The position numbers and the translations under genes are program-made. Shown here piece after piece: positions 62,498-64,000 of a DNA stretch of 64,000 bases (within the stretch, counting starts at the first letter, position 1; each line of letters begins with the position of its first letter). The notes under the pieces are model-generated. The model searched no databases. It saw only the letters and a program-made list of their open reading frames with translations, and was not told where the DNA came from. The stretch comes from a virus. The stretch lies in IMG/VR virus record IMGVR_UViG_3300022918_000180, one strand, 5' to 3'.

Positions 62498-62526
62498 ATT
62501 CTACCGCGCTAAACAGCGATAGTCAA
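62498..62526 (-). promoter_or_regulatory. sigma70 promoter, near-leaderless, for the Arc-like gene
   Basis: TTGACT-17-TAGAAT with the ATG 8 nt downstream of the -10 box. Confidence 0.65.
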
Positions 62527-62533
62527 CGGTTGT

Positions 62534-62737
62534 TCACGGTTTTGCCGGGAAATTCTCCCTCTTTTCCGCCCAAAACGCCCGGACCTGCAGCTTGAATTTG
62601 CGGATTTTGGCCGCTTTGATCTTCTGCGCGGCCAGAGTGGCCGACTGCCGCCGCCCCTTCACGCGGGACGACGGCGCGCCGGTGTGCTTCCGGCCGATTT
62701 TGATCGGTTTGGAGCGCGTCGGATGCGGATTTCCCAT
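62534..62737 (-). CDS. small basic protein
   Basis: 67 aa, Lys/Arg-rich. Confidence 0.5.
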   Translation of the reverse strand: MGNPHPTRSKPIKIGRKHTGAPSSRVKGRRQSATLAAQKIKAAKIRKFKLQVRAFWAEKRENFPAKP

Positions 62738-62741
62738 GGTG

Positions 62742-63038
62742 TTACGCCTGTTGCCCGGCGTCCTGGCAGGGTTTGCAGATGCACATGCCGCCGGTGGTGA
62801 CTTCTCCCGTCGCCAGCAGCTCGTCGCGCTGCTCCGGCGTCAGACCGATCTCGGACAGGGCGTAGTCCGACATGGCGGCAAGCTGGTCGGCGGTCAGGAT
62901 CTCGTCCTCGGGGATGTCCTCGTGGCAATCGCAGTCCGGGTTGGTGCAGACGCCGGCCATTCCGGCCTCGGCCATGGTGTCGGGGTCAGCAGGGAACTCT
63001 TTGCCACAGATTTGGCAGGTGAAGGTAAGGTCGCTCAT
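62742..63038 (-). CDS. acidic Zn-binding protein
   Basis: CQIC, C..PDCDC and CICKPC clusters. Confidence 0.6.
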   Translation of the reverse strand: MSDLTFTCQICGKEFPADPDTMAEAGMAGVCTNPDCDCHEDIPEDEILTADQLAAMSDYALSEIGLTPEQRDELLATGEVTTGGMCICKPCQDAGQQA

Positions 63039-63259
63039 AGTGATGTTGGTTGTTGGTGGGCTTTGGACGTGCGCATCAGCGGTCCGCAGTCCTTCTCGAA
63101 CCGGCGCCGCTTCTCCTCCAGCAGGTCATCGCGCTCGCGGCGGGCTTCGATCAGGAGGCGGATCAGCTCCCGTTTGGGCAGGGTGTTCAGTCCGTGGGTG
63201 GTGCTGGTGAACCTCCACTGGGGAGGGTAGGCGTCTTCGGGCATGGGGCTGTGGCTCAT
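63035..63259 (-). CDS. hypothetical protein
   Basis: 74 aa, ATGA coupling. Confidence 0.5.
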   Translation of the reverse strand: MSHSPMPEDAYPPQWRFTSTTHGLNTLPKRELIRLLIEARRERDDLLEEKRRRFEKDCGPLMRTSKAHQQPTSL

Positions 63260-63516
63260 TTGGTAAGTTCTCCAAAGGTTTGAAAAGCCTCTTCTTCCGT
63301 CATCCATGCGTCCGGGGCGTCCACAATCAGGCGGTTGTAATCATCCTCCCATCCTGCTCCCAAATAACCGTTGCCCCCACCAACTCCGGCAAGCATGCAC
63401 TGCCGACAGTTGGCCCATCGTATGAGGCAGCGGTCATCCCCGTATTTGCCGACGATCATCTCCCCGGCCACTTGTGGGGGCGGACTTGTTCTCCAAGGTT
63501 TTGGTTCGTGGCTCAT
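63256..63516 (-). CDS. hypothetical protein
   Basis: 86 aa, ATGA coupling. Confidence 0.5.
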   Translation of the reverse strand: MSHEPKPWRTSPPPQVAGEMIVGKYGDDRCLIRWANCRQCMLAGVGGGNGYLGAGWEDDYNRLIVDAPDAWMTEEEAFQTFGELTK

Positions 63517-63725
63517 TTGCTGGGGCAGTGGCGGGTTTGGTGTTTGGACGGGATGTAAACATCACTGCGGTTCACCACGACCGGCGGAAGACCGTCGCCG
63601 TCGGGCATGAACACCGAAAAGCGGCCGTTCACCCTGTCAAACTCCGGCTGGTGGACAAAAACGCCCGTCATCCCGTAGGACAGAGCGGGGCGGGTGTTGC
63701 CGACGAAGATGGCGTTGGATTTCAT
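63513..63725 (-). CDS. hypothetical protein
   Basis: 70 aa from MKSNAI. Confidence 0.5.
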   Translation of the reverse strand: MKSNAIFVGNTRPALSYGMTGVFVHQPEFDRVNGRFSVFMPDGDGLPPVVVNRSDVYIPSKHQTRHCPSK

Positions 63726-63964
63726 GCGGCTGGTGCGGGGTAGGAGGGTTTCCTCGGCGTGATCCGGCTGATGGCGGCGTCCGTCTCGCAGACGCCGAAG
63801 ATGAGGTCGGTAAACTCGGTTTCGCCCATGGTCAGCTCGATGCTGCCCAAGGTGTGGGTGCGCATCTCGATGCGGATGAAGCCGTTGGCGGAGCGTTTGA
63901 GGCTGAGGGCGCACCGCGATTCGGCGAGGAGGGCTTTGACGCTGGCGGATTGGTCGGTTTTCAT
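63722..63964 (-). CDS. hypothetical protein
   Basis: 80 aa from MKTDQS. Confidence 0.5.
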   Translation of the reverse strand: MKTDQSASVKALLAESRCALSLKRSANGFIRIEMRTHTLGSIELTMGETEFTDLIFGVCETDAAISRITPRKPSYPAPAA

Positions 63965-64000
63965 GGCTTTTTGCTGGTTGCGTCCGCTTTCCATTGGCGG

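Noticed and set aside
1-64000. Genome-wide stop-codon reassignment
   Set aside because: TGA, TAA and TAG all end genes cleanly, with many ATGA overlaps; only one in-frame TGA case was found

Overview
The window is entirely phage sequence, with no host housekeeping genes. It reads as a near-complete, probably circularly permuted genome of a temperate, podovirus-like, high-GC tailed phage. Modules in order: leftward small early genes led by an Apyc1-like metallo-beta-lactamase (1-3.3 kb); an AT-rich putative origin; an APSE-type replication block (primase-SF3 helicase, nucleotidyltransferase-like protein, DUF2800 nuclease, DUF2815 SSB, family A polymerase, VRR-NUC, SNF2 helicase; 3.9-17.8 kb); a cytosine methyltransferase, RHH regulator and tyrosine integrase (19-21.5 kb); ejection and short-tail genes (21.9-34.7 kb); a divergently transcribed portal / beta-helix / GroES-like / scaffold / TerL block (34.8-42.3 kb); fibres, lysis genes, an SGNH esterase, a GT8-GT25 glycosyltransferase, a metallophosphoesterase and a Calx-beta-tipped major capsid candidate (42.5-53.6 kb); and an array of small early gene cassettes separated by repeated intergenic modules (54-64 kb). 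The most striking signal is an ERV1/ALR-family sulfhydryl oxidase gene overlapping the TerL stop. This family is typical of eukaryotes and large eukaryotic DNA viruses. It co-occurs with Cys-rich outer virion proteins and 2,742 aa of Cys-free ejection proteins, which suggests a phage-encoded cytoplasmic disulfide pathway for virion maturation. Three tRNA-like RNAs with intact acceptor/T arms but non-canonical anticodon domains are also present. All family calls come from motif recognition by eye and all counts are manual; no searches were run.
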